From Eledone cirrhosa (lineage: Eukaryota), in assembly GCA_964016885.1 (NCBI GenBank), contig CAXHJY010001517.1, positions 1-64,000 of the forward strand: a stretch of 64,000 bases of DNA, written 5' to 3'. A program made the translations under genes and the position numbers. Below are positions 1 through 14,438 of the stretch, piece after piece; the first letter of the stretch is position 1; each line of letters begins with the position of its first letter. The notes below the pieces were generated by a model. It did not search any database, was not told the DNA's origin, and saw nothing but the letters and a program-made list of their open reading frames with translations.

Positions 1-83
1 AATATAATATAATATATATATATATAATATAATATATATATAATATATAATATATATAATATATATATATATAATATAATATA

Positions 84-115
<32 letters not shown>

Positions 116-183
116 TAATATATATATAATATATATATAATATATATATAATATATATATATAATATATATATAATATATATA

Positions 184-226
<43 letters not shown>

Positions 227-228
227 TA

Positions 229-267
<39 letters not shown>

Positions 268-421
268 TAATATATAATATATATATATAATATATATATA
301 TATATAATATATATATATATAATATATATATATAATATATATATATAATATATATATATAATATATATAATATATATATATAATATATATATATAATATA
401 TATATAATATATATATATAAT

Positions 422-453
<32 letters not shown>

Positions 454-455
454 AT

Positions 456-487
<32 letters not shown>

Positions 488-539
488 ATATATATATATA
501 ATATATAATATATATATATAATATATATATATGATATAT

Positions 540-571
<32 letters not shown>

Positions 572-732
572 AAATATATATATATATATAATATATATAT
601 ATATAATATATATATATATATAATATATATATATATAATATATATATATAAATATATATATATAATATATATATAATATATATATATATATAAATAATAT
701 ATATATATATAATATATATATATAATATATAT

Positions 733-766
<34 letters not shown>

Positions 767-830
767 ATATATATATATAATATATATATATATATAATAT
801 ATATATATAATATATATAATATATATATAT

Positions 831-865
<35 letters not shown>

Positions 866-1067
866 ATATATATATAATATATATATATATATAATATATA
901 TATATAATATATATATATAATATATATATATAATATATATTTATATATAATATATATATAATATATATATATAATATATATATATAATATATATATATAT
1001 ATAATATATATATATATATAATATATATATATATATATAATATATATAATATATATATATATATAAT

Positions 1068-1112
<45 letters not shown>

Positions 1113-1382
1113 TATATATAATATATATATATATAATATATATATATATAATATATATATATAATATATATATATATATTTACTATATATATAATATATA
1201 TATATATATAATATATATATATATAATATATATATATATAATATATATATATATATATTTACTATATATATAATATACATATATATATAATATATATATA
1301 TAATATATATATATATAATATATATATATAATATATATATAATATATATATATAATATATATATAATATATATATATATAAT

Positions 1383-1429
<47 letters not shown>

Positions 1430-1466
1430 TATATATAATATATATAATATAATATATATATATAAT

Positions 1467-1500
<34 letters not shown>

Positions 1501-1585
1501 ATATATATATATATAATGTATAATATATATATATATATAATATAATATATATATAATATATATATATATAATATATATATATAAT

Positions 1586-1617
<32 letters not shown>

Positions 1618-1620
1618 ATA
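1..1620. repeat. Imperfect (TA)n microsatellite with TAA interruptions
   Basis: Direct inspection. Confidence 0.98.
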
Positions 1621-2729
1621 TCGAACTCAACTTTTAAATATAAATATAAATTTAAAATGTAGTATATTTAATTTGATTTATAATTATTTATGAAACTCGC
1701 CGATAAATCTTTCGATTCCTTTTTATTTTAAACATTCTTCATGAATAATTAAACTACCCTAAAAGCTGATGCTCCAAATATATCGAATAAATTTTACACT
1801 AGATAAACTTCTATATTAAATATAAGACCATCTGTAGGTCAAATGGGTATCCTAAACTTTTGAATGTCTTCTGCTAGACAGGATTTGGTAAATAATTTTG
1901 GTTTTGTTTGCTTGTGATTCTGATGCTTATAACGAACTTGGCAATATATTGTCAATTAACTTTGAAGGGTTGATCTCTGTGGTTGATTTGCGGGGCATAC
2001 TATGTTTTATTTCTATTTTAATATTTTAATATTTTTAATATTTTTAATATTTTTATTTTTAATATTTTTTTATATATTTTTTTTTTTTGTATTTTTTTGA
2101 TTTTTTTTTTGATTTTTTTGTTTTTTATTTACTTTTTGTTTCTGATATTTTTATTTTTATTGATATATTGATATCTGTTCTCTATTTATGCTTGAACGAT
2201 AATCATGTAGAGCAAAGACATGAATAGTATTGTTAAAATTAATGTAGACTCTATATATATTTGTGTGTATGTACACATATATGTATACTAGAATTTTTAT
2301 AGCACAATGAGAATGTTTTCGTGTGAAATAGGAATTTGCAGAGCTGATCACGTAAATTCACATGGATGTATATAGTATAAAATCTGGGATAACCTTCTAT
2401 TTTATCTCAACTCTAATATAAACCTATGAATTTTAAACTAGACATATGATCATTATTTTTCACACATTATTGATACGTGTCTCATTCATGAATACTGATA
2501 TTTACATTATAATGCCTGTTTTATACGAATTGGTATTTTTTACATTGATGAAACAGTGTTTTAAATCTGCCTCGTTTTGTCTGGATATTTTTCTTTTCTT
2601 TTCTCTCTATGTAACGGCTGTTTTCTCTCTTAACCACATATATCTCTCTCTACATTAATACTAGAGCTAAATAAATAAATAAATAAATATATCATTGATA
2701 CGTCATTCAACTGGTGCACAACTACCTAT

Positions 2730-2769
2730 TTTCTTTCTCTCTATCTCTATCTATATCTATCTCTCTATA

Positions 2770-2804
<35 letters not shown>

Positions 2805-2970
2805 CTTCTCTCTCTCTATCTATCTCCCTCTGTGTTTTTTCTTCTCTCTATATATCTCTCTCTGTTTCTTTACATGAATTTCTTCTCTCTATATATCTCT
2901 CTATATCTATCTCTCTCTATTTAGTTGCATGCATTTCTTCTTTTCTTCGTTTTTCTTTCTTTCTTTTATA
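2730..2970. repeat. (CT)n / CTAT low-complexity tract
   Basis: Direct inspection. Confidence 0.85.
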
Positions 2971-3071
2971 ACTGTCCCTAATATTTTTTCCACTACCAAA
3001 TCAACTTTTCAAATAGAAGTCGAAGTTGAAAGGTATGTCGAATCTATCTATTTATAAGACTGTTTATATTG

Positions 3072-3137
3072 TATTTTGTCTGAAGAAGGCATAACATATT
3101 TTTAATATGATATCCCTGAAATATATATAATGAAATA
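3072..3137 (+). ncRNA. Minimal type-I hammerhead ribozyme motif (Penelope-like-element type)
   Basis: Stem I TATTTTGT/ATGAAATA; core CTGAAGA (3080-3086); stem II AGGcATAaCATATT-TTT-AATATGaTATcCCT; GAAA (3118-3121); palindromic stem III ATATATAT; AUA cleavage triplet; AATAAA at 3134-3139. Confidence 0.7.
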
Positions 3138-3179
3138 AATATGGTTAAATAAATATAGTTTCCATTTATTTAATATCGT

Positions 3180-3258
3180 ATATATAATATATATATATAA
3201 TATATATATATATTATATATATATATATATATAATATATATATATATATTATATATAT

Positions 3259-3292
<34 letters not shown>

Positions 3293-3299
3293 ATATATA

Positions 3300-3337
<38 letters not shown>

Positions 3338-3444
3338 TATATATTATATATATATATATATATAATATATATATATATATAATATATATATATAATATAA
3401 TATATATATATATATATAATATATATATATATATATAATATATA

Positions 3445-3516
<72 letters not shown>

Positions 3517-3874
3517 ATAATATATATATATATTATATATATATATATATAATATATATATATATTATATATATATATATATATAATATATATATATATT
3601 ATATATATATATATATATAATATATATATATTATATATATATATATATATAATATATATATATTATATATATATATATATATAATATATATATATATTAT
3701 ATATATATATATAATATATATATATATTATATATATATATATAATATATATATATTATATATATATATATATTATATATATATATATATAAAATATATAT
3801 ATATTATATATATATATATATAATATATATATAATATATATATAATATATATATATATATAATTATATATATAT

Positions 3875-3921
<47 letters not shown>

Positions 3922-3950
3922 TATATATAATATATATATCTATATATATC
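3180..3950. repeat. Imperfect (TA)n microsatellite
   Basis: Direct inspection. Confidence 0.98.
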
Positions 3951-3964
3951 TATCTATCTATCTA

Positions 3965-4113
3965 AGGCGGGTAAAATTTCCGAGATCCATGGACGAGTTC
4001 TCTCCAGCGGTCTCTGTCCCTCATTATCGCTACATGGACACACTAGAAGAGGAAGACCAAGGTTAACATATGTTGATGCCCTAAGGACAGACACTGGTCT
4101 GTTGGAGATGCAG
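3965..4113 (+). mobile_element. Short LINE (RTE-like) ORF C-terminal fragment inside the (TA)n tract
   Basis: Reads RRGRPRLTYVDALRTDTGL, typical of the GRP motif near the end of RTE-type ORFs. Confidence 0.55.
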
Positions 4114-5627
<1,514 letters not shown>

Positions 5628-5836
5628 GATAAATCTACCAAGAGTTTACGGTAGTGTCCAATCCGTATGAAGAACTCAATGTAATCCTAACACATATATA
5701 TCCCAGAAACGATCGTTAAATAATGAACTTTTTTTGTTTAATATAAGGAACTGTTTCATTGTTTTATTCATTATTTTTTTGATATTTTATATATATATAA
5801 TATATATATATATTATATATATATATTATATATATA

Positions 5837-5874
<38 letters not shown>

Positions 5875-5876
5875 TA

Positions 5877-5929
<53 letters not shown>

Positions 5930-6504
5930 ATATATATATAAAATTTCAGGTTATCAATAATGTAGTGATAATATATCGTTATACTGTAACCATCGCTTAA
6001 AATCTACATTTTCATATCATAAATACAACCAGGATTGAACGCCTGTCTCTATCCCCGTTTGATCGTCAAAATAGATATTAACATTCTTTATTAGTCTTAA
6101 TTCTATCAACTCTTCTATTATTTACCTTTTAATACAAACTGCTATAGATAAAATGAGATTTCTGATTTCTTGATTCAATTCCCTAATGCATATACCAGCT
6201 GGCTACTAGCATTGATGTTATTTAGTAGCAATCGAAATCTCCCCCTTCCCCAATTGACACTTTATAATTAATACTACTGCACCAAATGACCAGCCCTGTC
6301 CACTGTCCAGTTGGTCAAGTAGAGATTAAAATTGGCACTCCCAAAATTCTTATTTAGATTTACTCATGGTATTCTCATTAGAAACCCATTATATACTTGT
6401 TTAGCAGTAAATTAATTTACCATCTGTCATATACTATCCCCTCTGTTCCTTCCTCTTTTACTAATATAAATACTTCAATTTTTCTGATTTTATCCAATTT
6501 ACCC

Positions 6505-6633
6505 AAAATCTCTGAAGAAGTGACAACTGATTATACATTTGCTATCGAATACTTGCTAACATTATATGATTACGCAAGCAGCGATACATAGGTATTCGGT
6601 CTGTTACAGAAACATATGTCAATACCTAATAAA
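6505..6633 (+). ncRNA. Hammerhead-like motif with extended stem II (Penelope-like-element type), stem I decayed
   Basis: CTGAAGA at 6512-6518; ~90-nt imperfect hairpin (GTGACA/TGTTAC, TATCG/CGATA, CTTGC/GCAAG); GAAA at 6609-6612; palindromic ACATATGT; GUC triplet; AATAAA at 6628-6633. Confidence 0.6.
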
Positions 6634-6691
6634 TTCCTTTTTTAACAAAAGCACTTTCATTTTATATTCATCCTTTCTATCTCTCTCTCTC

Positions 6692-6708
6692 TATATATAT
6701 ATTATATA

Positions 6709-6763
<55 letters not shown>

Positions 6764-6769
6764 ATATAT

Positions 6770-6801
<32 letters not shown>

Positions 6802-6856
6802 ATATATATTATATATATATATATTATATATATATATATATTATATATATATATAT

Positions 6857-6890
<34 letters not shown>

Positions 6891-6920
6891 ATATAATATA
6901 TATATATATATATTATATAT
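6692..6920. repeat. (TA)n microsatellite
   Basis: Direct inspection. Confidence 0.95.
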
Positions 6921-7215
6921 AGGCACATGGCTTAGTGGTTAGAGCATTGGCCTTGCAATCAAAAGGTTGTGAGTTCAATTCTCAGACCGGGTGATGTGTT
7001 GTTTCCTTGAGCAAGACACTTTATTTCACATTGTCTAGTTTACTCAGCTGTAGAAATGGTCGTGTAGGCGCCACGGAAAAAAAAGCACCCAGCACTCACT
7101 GTAAATGAGGTTGATGTTAGGAAGGGCATCCAGCTGTAGAAATCAAGCCAGAATCAGTTCCTGTCCCACCCTTGCAAGCAGGGAAAAGTGGACGTAAAAT
7201 GAAATGAAATGAAAT
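6921..7215 (+). mobile_element. tRNA-derived SINE, family A (RTE-type 3' tail)
   Basis: A box TGGCTTAGTGG, B box GAGTTCAATTC, central CCTTGAGCAAGACACTT, tail GTTAGGAAGGGCATCCAGC...GACGTAAAA(TGAAA)n. Homologous copies at 13804, 44094 and 51848. Confidence 0.9.
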
Positions 7216-10200
7216 ATGTATGTAAAAGGTAAACGGAAATAACAACACAATCGGTACAGTATATGGAAGGAATATATTAGGTTAAAGCTTGAGATAGTAG
7301 GAAGAGGGTCTTAACATCAGAAGAAAGAATGAGAAATAAGATAGATTGAAGGGACGAATGGAGTGGAATTGGAAAAAAATGTCCTTAGATAAAAATAACA
7401 GGTCCATTCCATGTTGACGGAGCATATAAAAGTACCATAAATAGTTTGAAAAAATAATAGGCCTCACCTTGCATATCAAGTTATATGAATTGCCCATAGT
7501 AGATATTTTAGCATGAAAAAATACTGTATTCATAGCAAGAACCAAAACAAACAATAATTACAGATAAAAGAAAAAACTATTTATGGTATTTTTAATGATC
7601 CCATACAATAAAAAAAAAAACATTTAAAGAAAAATAAATTAGTCAGGGGCAGGGGTAATTTGATAAAGACTGAAAAGGGAGAAAAGAAAAAAAAAAGAGA
7701 ACTACAACAGTGTTAGAGAAAGATAAGAATTATGCATCAGTTGCTTTTAAAAAAAGAGATACAAACAAAAGTGGATGTTTCATATCAGTTGCAAATGAGA
7801 CTTCATACAAGGAAGAGTCATTTCTATTTGGAACAATTCTGATAAGATGTTTGTTTAGGAATTCTTATATGACCAAAGTGCCTTAACACCTAGCACCTGT
7901 TATTTTTGTTCTTTTATCTGTACTTATTATACAAAGAAGATGTCATTTTACTTTAGAAAATTTTTTTTTAAATGCTTCTTTAGGTATTTTATAACCTGAA
8001 AGTATCTTTATTTCATTGTTAATATGGTATGGTATTTGTAACATAATTTAACAAGAGTTTCTAATGTCAAATTATGTTCAAAGATTTTAATTTAAATAGG
8101 AGAGGTTTTGTTTCATGAAAGGAGAGGGTGTTCTGGGTGGATTGATCTCAAAAAGGTTAAGATGTTAGTAGTCATATTAGTCACAAATAGGAAAATGTGA
8201 CAAACACTCTTGGATTATGAAAAAAATAACTATCAAAATTACTACAGAATTGACAGTTCATCCAATGCACCATAGGGAGCAAAAGGAAGTCAAGGTGAAG
8301 TAAGTAGACAGCAGAAGATGCTAGCCAGATTCTACATATATCAATGAAAACAACAGTGAGAATCTCTCTCAAATGGAAGCCAATGGTGGGTTAGGCATAT
8401 TGGAGACAAGGCAGACCTATTAAGTCCTGGTTGAAAACTGTATAGGAGGACCTGGTTTGGGGCAGGCATGTGACAGCGTTTGCAAATATGCTGGATGGAG
8501 ATCTGTCCCCTGAAGCATCAAGTGCTAACGTAATACACAGTATGATGGCTGCAGCCTGATGATGTTTGTCACTCTCCTCCCAGTACCAGTAACAAGAGCA
8601 GGTTGGCTGCTGTTTTGTTGGGAGGGCTAGTATATGACTTTGCAGGATGTGGTTGAATATAATTTGTCTTGTGCAGTATGTGCCTAATTGGTGGGGTTGA
8701 TTGTAGGATTACAGTTTGTATTTGATGAGTTTGTGGATAGCATGGGTCTGATGTTGATTTATTTCTGTTTTAATAAAGCAATTAATAGTTTTAGTTGTCT
8801 ATATATCCTACAGTCTTATCTAAGGTACACAAACAATTTTGAAGCATTAAGAACACACAGTGCTGCCTGTGGCTCCCCAATAAACTACCCAGGTAGGCTG
8901 CAGGATAATCAAGTATTTGCTCATAATTACATCCAAATTAAAAGAGGTACTGGACAATTAGTTGCTGGAAAATTGGTGTTATACCAGTATATGGTAAAAT
9001 TATTGAAAATATCCTTATCAAGTATTAGGGATGTTAGATAGCTTGTTGGGTTCTTTACAGCATTGCTATTCAGTAGTTCTCCATTTCCATATCTTTAGAT
9101 ATGAAGCAGCACAAAAGTAGATGACAGGTTTGAAATTGCAGACCAAATCTACTTAAACTTAACGTTTCAGTTAAGTGGCTAGAAGAATAAAACAATAGGT
9201 GGGATACAAACAACTGAAGTTTTTTAATGCTCTCAATATATCTCAGTTGGGTTAGATTTGCTTCTACTATGGTTATTGTTTAATTAGCTTAAAATATTCA
9301 CAGCCAGACTGTATGTATATTTATCATACATGAACATATTGTATATGGGTTCATATATATTCCTTTATTATGGTTATTTTTTAAAAAAGACTATAAATTA
9401 ATAAGTGAAGTTAAAAGTGAGGTTACTCTTTAGATGAGATTGTTGTAGATTTGTATCTATCAACTTCTATATCACAAAGATGTAAGTAATTTTATATTAC
9501 ATATATCTCTATTTTGATTGTTTAGAAGAAAGAGAAGTATAACTTTCTGCAAACTACAGGGTTTTATAAAGCTAATGTCCAGCTAAATTTTTGTAGAATT
9601 ACCATATTTTGTTTCCGTATTTCTAATGAAAAGATACTGCCTATGATTTTTTTTTTCTCGTTTTGAAAATAATTGAAAAATCTGAGGGATTTAGTAAAAT
9701 AAAATTTTTTCTATTAAGATGGTCTTTAGATTTTACATAAAACTATGATGGGCGGTTTTTAGATAAACTGCTTTAAAATGAACAGTTTAATACCATAGAA
9801 CTTCAGACAGTTTGGCATCAATTGAGTTAAATGAGAGTCAACTTGTTTGAAACCAAACATCAGAAACATCAGACTGTGAAAATATGAATATGAAATCAAA
9901 AATATATGTTTAAAAATATCAAAGGAAATGAGAGAACATATGAAAATATGTCCAAGTAGTTGATGGTGGTATTACAGATAAGGTTTATACTCGATTAAAA
10001 AGGGAAATGAGAAAAATTACTGGCGATGTGAACTCAGTAAACAAAATGAAATATGTGTATGAAAAAGAATTTGATATATTAATTGCATAAATTGATTACA
10101 AAAGAACATTCAATGGGAGTAAGAGATTAGTAGAGAAAATGAGATATAGATGCATTAGGCAATAAATTGAAAATAAAAGTAAGCTGCACAGCATGTGTGT

Positions 10201-10233
10201 TTAACTGCTAACAGGTCAGCATAGTGATCTTAC

Positions 10234-10353
10234 TTAAAACAAATGCAGGCTTCAGTGGATCAAATTCTTCTTCAGTTGTCACAGAGATGTTTCCCTGTAT
10301 TTGATTGGATTTTACCATAGAATGCTGAGCTGGAACACAAGTAGAACTACATA
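10234..10353 (-). CDS. INPP5B: INPP5B/OCRL-like coding exon 6, linker (VCSSTCVPAQHSMVKSNQIQGNISVTTEEEFDPLKPAFVL)
   Basis: 120 nt, acceptor ccagctttag, donor gtaaga, phase 1 to 1, open in the expected frame, repeats the acidic FDPLK motif of exon 5. Confidence 0.72.
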
Positions 10354-10754
10354 CTAAAGCTGGTTGCATAAGAGCACATTAAATAAAGCAAAACTATGGT
10401 TAGCAGGCAAAAATCATAGGAAAATAACATCTACAGTCAATAACTAAATATTGTTACATTAACTATTGCAGAGGATTAACCATTTCCTTCAGTATTCCTA
10501 ATGAAATAAACTGTAGCTCTTGAAGAATTTTGAGGAATTTACTAAATTTATTAAGTATTTCATTATTCAGATGGTATGGTATTTGTAACATAATAAAAGT
10601 AAAATTACAATTTAAACCTTTAAAAATGGGTGGTTTTACTTTGTAGAACCAGAAACAGTTTTGGGCAGGTAGGTTAAAGGAGAGTATACCATTATTTGTG
10701 AACTAAGATAATTGTCCTGTCATCTACATTGATATTCAAAAATCTGGTTAGATA

Positions 10755-10960
10755 TAAGGTTAGTTAGTACAATTCAAAACAGAAATAAAACAAAGAGTTA
10801 AGCTTTGGTCATGAAAGACTATAGGCTGCAGCCTTGATGATTCTGTTTGGCTGGAGCAGTGGCACTTGTGTGAGTGACAGTTTTTGTTGCAGAGGTTACA
10901 TTTATATGTGTTCATTATTATTGTGTTCCTTTCTGTATGTTTGCTTTTCTGCTGTAACAT
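10755..10960 (-). mobile_element. Degenerate LINE 3' end with Cys/His finger remnant
   Basis: YKCNLCNKNCHSH resembles the C-terminal zinc finger of RTE-clade ORFs. Confidence 0.45.
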
Positions 10961-11595
10961 TCATCAGTTTTTCTTAACACAAACTGGTTAAGAAATGGAA
11001 CAAATTAAGCAACAACAAAGGCAGAATATTTATAATAGTATGTCTAGCTTAGATTGACTTTGTCACCTCTATTTTGGAGCATGACACACTCCAACTGCAT
11101 TACACTAGTATCTCAAGCATGTGACAGCTTTCCATTTAGCCATTCTGATATATCTCACCAGAAACATTTGTGAGGATTGGAATTGAAAGAGTATGTATGT
11201 TAACCCTTTTATTACCATATTTCTAATTAAATACTCAGCTCATGTTTCAATTAATTTTGAACATAATTAATTTAAAGTAATTTAATAAAATATATAACTT
11301 TTTCTTTGGTAAGATGATTTTTTGAAAATTATTTAAAACTTTTCTTAGATGAAATTATGATGGAATGTTTTAATATAAATATAAACATTTAATAATGGGC
11401 AGTTTCATATCACAAAACCAGGGTTGGAACCAGGTGGGTGGATATAAAAAATGTCAACCAGAATGAGGATACTTTTGAATGAATAGCCTATCAAGAAATA
11501 TCAATTTCTAACATCCTAAACATATTAACTGTGCTTGATAACATTTCACACAACTCCTTCCTCATTAACAAAGCTTCCATTAACCCTTTCATATA

Positions 11596-11804
11596 CAAGG
11601 GAGTTTTGAAAAGTTCCTGGCTTTAGGTAAAAGAAAATACAGGACGATCAATTAATTATGATTTTATTCAACATATTCCCCTCACAGATTCACATACTTA
11701 TTGCAGAGGTCCTTCTAAGGTCTGTAAAAAGAATTCGGAAGGTTGAGCCTCAAACCAAGGCTCAGTAGCAGAGATCAAGCCAGGAACTTTTTAGCACCTC
11801 TTTG
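11596..11804. mobile_element. Tc1/mariner-type MITE nested in a piggyBac-type MITE
   Basis: TA-flanked imperfect TIRs CAAGGGAGTTTTGAAAAGTTCCTGGCTT ... AAGCCAGGAACTTTTTAGCACCTCTTTG. Confidence 0.75.
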
Positions 11805-13123
11805 TATAATGAAATACACTGTATTTAAATTAATGAAGAATTTATATGAATTAACTAAAATAATTAATTCATTATTAAGATGGTATTTGTAATATAATTT
11901 AACAAACGTTTCTTTTGTCAAATTAGTTGGAAGATTTTAATTTAAATAAGACCCTTTTAAATGGGTGGTTTTGTTTCATAGAACCAGAGACAGTTTTAGG
12001 CAGGGTGGTATCAGAAGGGTTAAAAAATATAATTATATATGTTCTACTTAAAATTCCTAGCTAGATATTGAGAATAATTTAAAAAAATTATTGTTGGTTA
12101 AATTAGGATTTCTAAACAAAGTAATAAGTGTTAATAGAAATAGTATTCAGAACAATATTATTTAATTTCTTAATTAGAGATCTTTACACTAAGATAGTTA
12201 ATTTCTTTGTCAATGGACATTAAGTGAAATAAGAACTGCAATTAAGAATCAGTAATCAGGTGCGACAGTTAGTTTGGCATTGAACTAATATTAACTCTTC
12301 TGTGACCATATTATGTGTAAGGGTGGTGGATAAAAGTATTTGTTTCAGCTCTTTATGTTCTAAGTTCAAATCCCACTGAGGTTGACTTTGCCTTTTATCC
12401 CTCTGGGGTTCATACAATAAAGTACCAATAAAGAACTGAGATCAATATAATCAACTTTCCTCTACACCAAAATTAACAAACAATTTTACATAAAATTCTG
12501 TGCTAAGGTTTTAATTTAAATGTGAACACTTTAAAACGAGAGGTTTTGTAACATAGAAAGTGGGTAGTCTTATGTTGGTTGGTATCTAAAGGTTTAGGTA
12601 AGGTTTTCTTTTTTTTTGTTTTTGTTGGAATGTTCCCCCCTCCCTCTACACCCCATCTCCATTAAGGTGTTTGACATTGGCTAGTGGAGTAAACTGGATA
12701 TAAACTGGCAGAAGGCAAGGACAAACCATTGCTGTATGGAGTGTGTGTACAATCATAACTCAAACTAAAGGTGTGAGCAGAGCCTTCAGTGCAGGAGCCT
12801 CATTCAGCAGAGGAGTTCAAGAGCCACAGGTTAACAATCACCATCGAGGACAATAAAACTAAGATGGGTTAACATCTTGGTTAATGGCAGAGTAGTTAAC
12901 AACCACAATTGTTTAGGGAGACAATATGGCACGGAGAGGTATGACTACCTACACTAAATGGCATGATACCAGATTAATTAACTGTAATCACGAAGCTTCG
13001 TGATTTACATTTTGAGGACAAATGATATATAGTATAAAATTATTTCTTATCTTTTCATCTGACCAGAAGATTCAGTTTGATTGGCTGTGCTTTGAGAAGA
13101 TAAAATATACCATTGACCCCTAT

Positions 13124-13167
<44 letters not shown>

Positions 13168-13803
13168 AGCGTTAAACTAATATATTTCTTCATTGCACTG
13201 TATTACTTGCTTTGTTGTTTTCATTTACTTTTTGCATATAAGTGTGTGAGAGAGATGGAGAGAGAGAGAATTTTATCGTGCTGAAGGAGTTATGTGAAAG
13301 TTATAAATTTCACAAGCTAAAGTGGGTCTTGTCAGATTCAGTATTAGATTTTGGAGAGGCACCAATGGCATCAGCAGATTAGTAAGTGTTGACTACACAA
13401 CATCTCTGTTATGCACAACCCTTACATAGAAATGGAAAAAAATATTGAAGAAGATCTGATAAGCCTGTTGCTAATAAAAATATTTCTTTGAACTATCACA
13501 ATACTATTTGAAATTAAAACATTCTCATTCAATAAGGAAAGAAGCCAATCATCCGATTGGACCAAGGAATTAATATTTCCATTAGTGTATCTATTGCTGA
13601 TACTATTTGTGGGTCACAACTCCTGGCAGAAGAAGGCAGGATTTAAACTCAGAACACACAGAACCAGATCAGATAATGCAAGGTATCTTGTTTGATTCTT
13701 TAAAAATTCTGTCAATCTACAGCCTCTTATTTACTGAACCTGAAAGGATGAAAGTCATAGTTGACCATGACAAGATTTAACCCTTTAGCATTTAAGCCAG
13801 CTG

Positions 13804-14438
13804 AAAGGTTGTGAGTTCAATTCTCAGACTGGGTGATGTGTTGTTTCCTTGAGCAAGACACTTTATTTCACATTGCTCCAGTTTACTCAGCGGTAGAAAT
13901 GAGATGATAGGACTGGGGTCCCTATCATTCCATTGCAAAGTGGTCGTGGAGGTGCCACGGAAAAAAAAAGCACCCAGCACTCACTGTAAAGTGGACGTGT
14001 AGGCGCCACGGAAAAAAAGCACCCAGCCCACACTATAAAGTGGACGTGTAGGCGCCACGGAAAAAAAGCACCCAGCCCACACTGTAAAGTGGACGTGTAG
14101 GCGCCACGGATAAAAAGCACCCAGCCCACACTGTAAAGTGGACGTGTAGGCGCCACGGAATAAAAGCACCCAGCCCACACTGTAAAGTGGACGTGTAGGC
14201 GCCACGGAATAAAAGCACCCAGCCCACACTGTAAAGTGGATGTGTAGGCGCCACGGATAAAAAGCACCCAGCCCACACTGTAAAGTGGACATGTAGGCGC
14301 CAAGGAAATAAAGCACCCAGCACTCACTGTAAATGAGGTTGGTGTTAGGAAGGGCATCCAGCTGTAGAAATCAAGCCAGAATCAGTTCCCATCCCACCCT
14401 TGCAAGGAGGGAAAAGCGGACGCAAAATGATAATGATG
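13804..14438 (+). mobile_element. SINE family A (5'-truncated) with an expanded internal 49-bp array
   Basis: Homologous to 6921-7215 and 44094-44437. Confidence 0.9.
13936..14333 (+). repeat. Minisatellite, ~8 copies of 49 bp (GTAAAGTGGACGTGTAGGCGCCACGGAAAAAAAGCACCCAGCCCACACT)
   Basis: Near-identical head-to-tail units. Explains the 49-aa periodicity of ORFs 13887-14357, 13981-14316 and 14033-14323. Confidence 0.95.

Noticed and set aside
6921-6995. tRNA-like sequences (also at 37560-37631 and 44094-44165)
   Set aside because: These are SINE heads. They have A/B boxes but no intact cloverleaf and run into SINE bodies.
9434-9481. Plus-strand exon-like segment (tttag|48 nt|gtaagt; DEIVVDLYLSTSISQR)
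   Set aside because: No partner exons or recognisable homology found. It could be chance or an antisense non-coding exon.
13887-14357. Repetitive ORFs and the CRISPR-like look of the 49-bp array
   Set aside because: The units are contiguous with no unique spacers, there are no cas genes, and the context is a eukaryotic SINE. The ORFs are by-products of the array.
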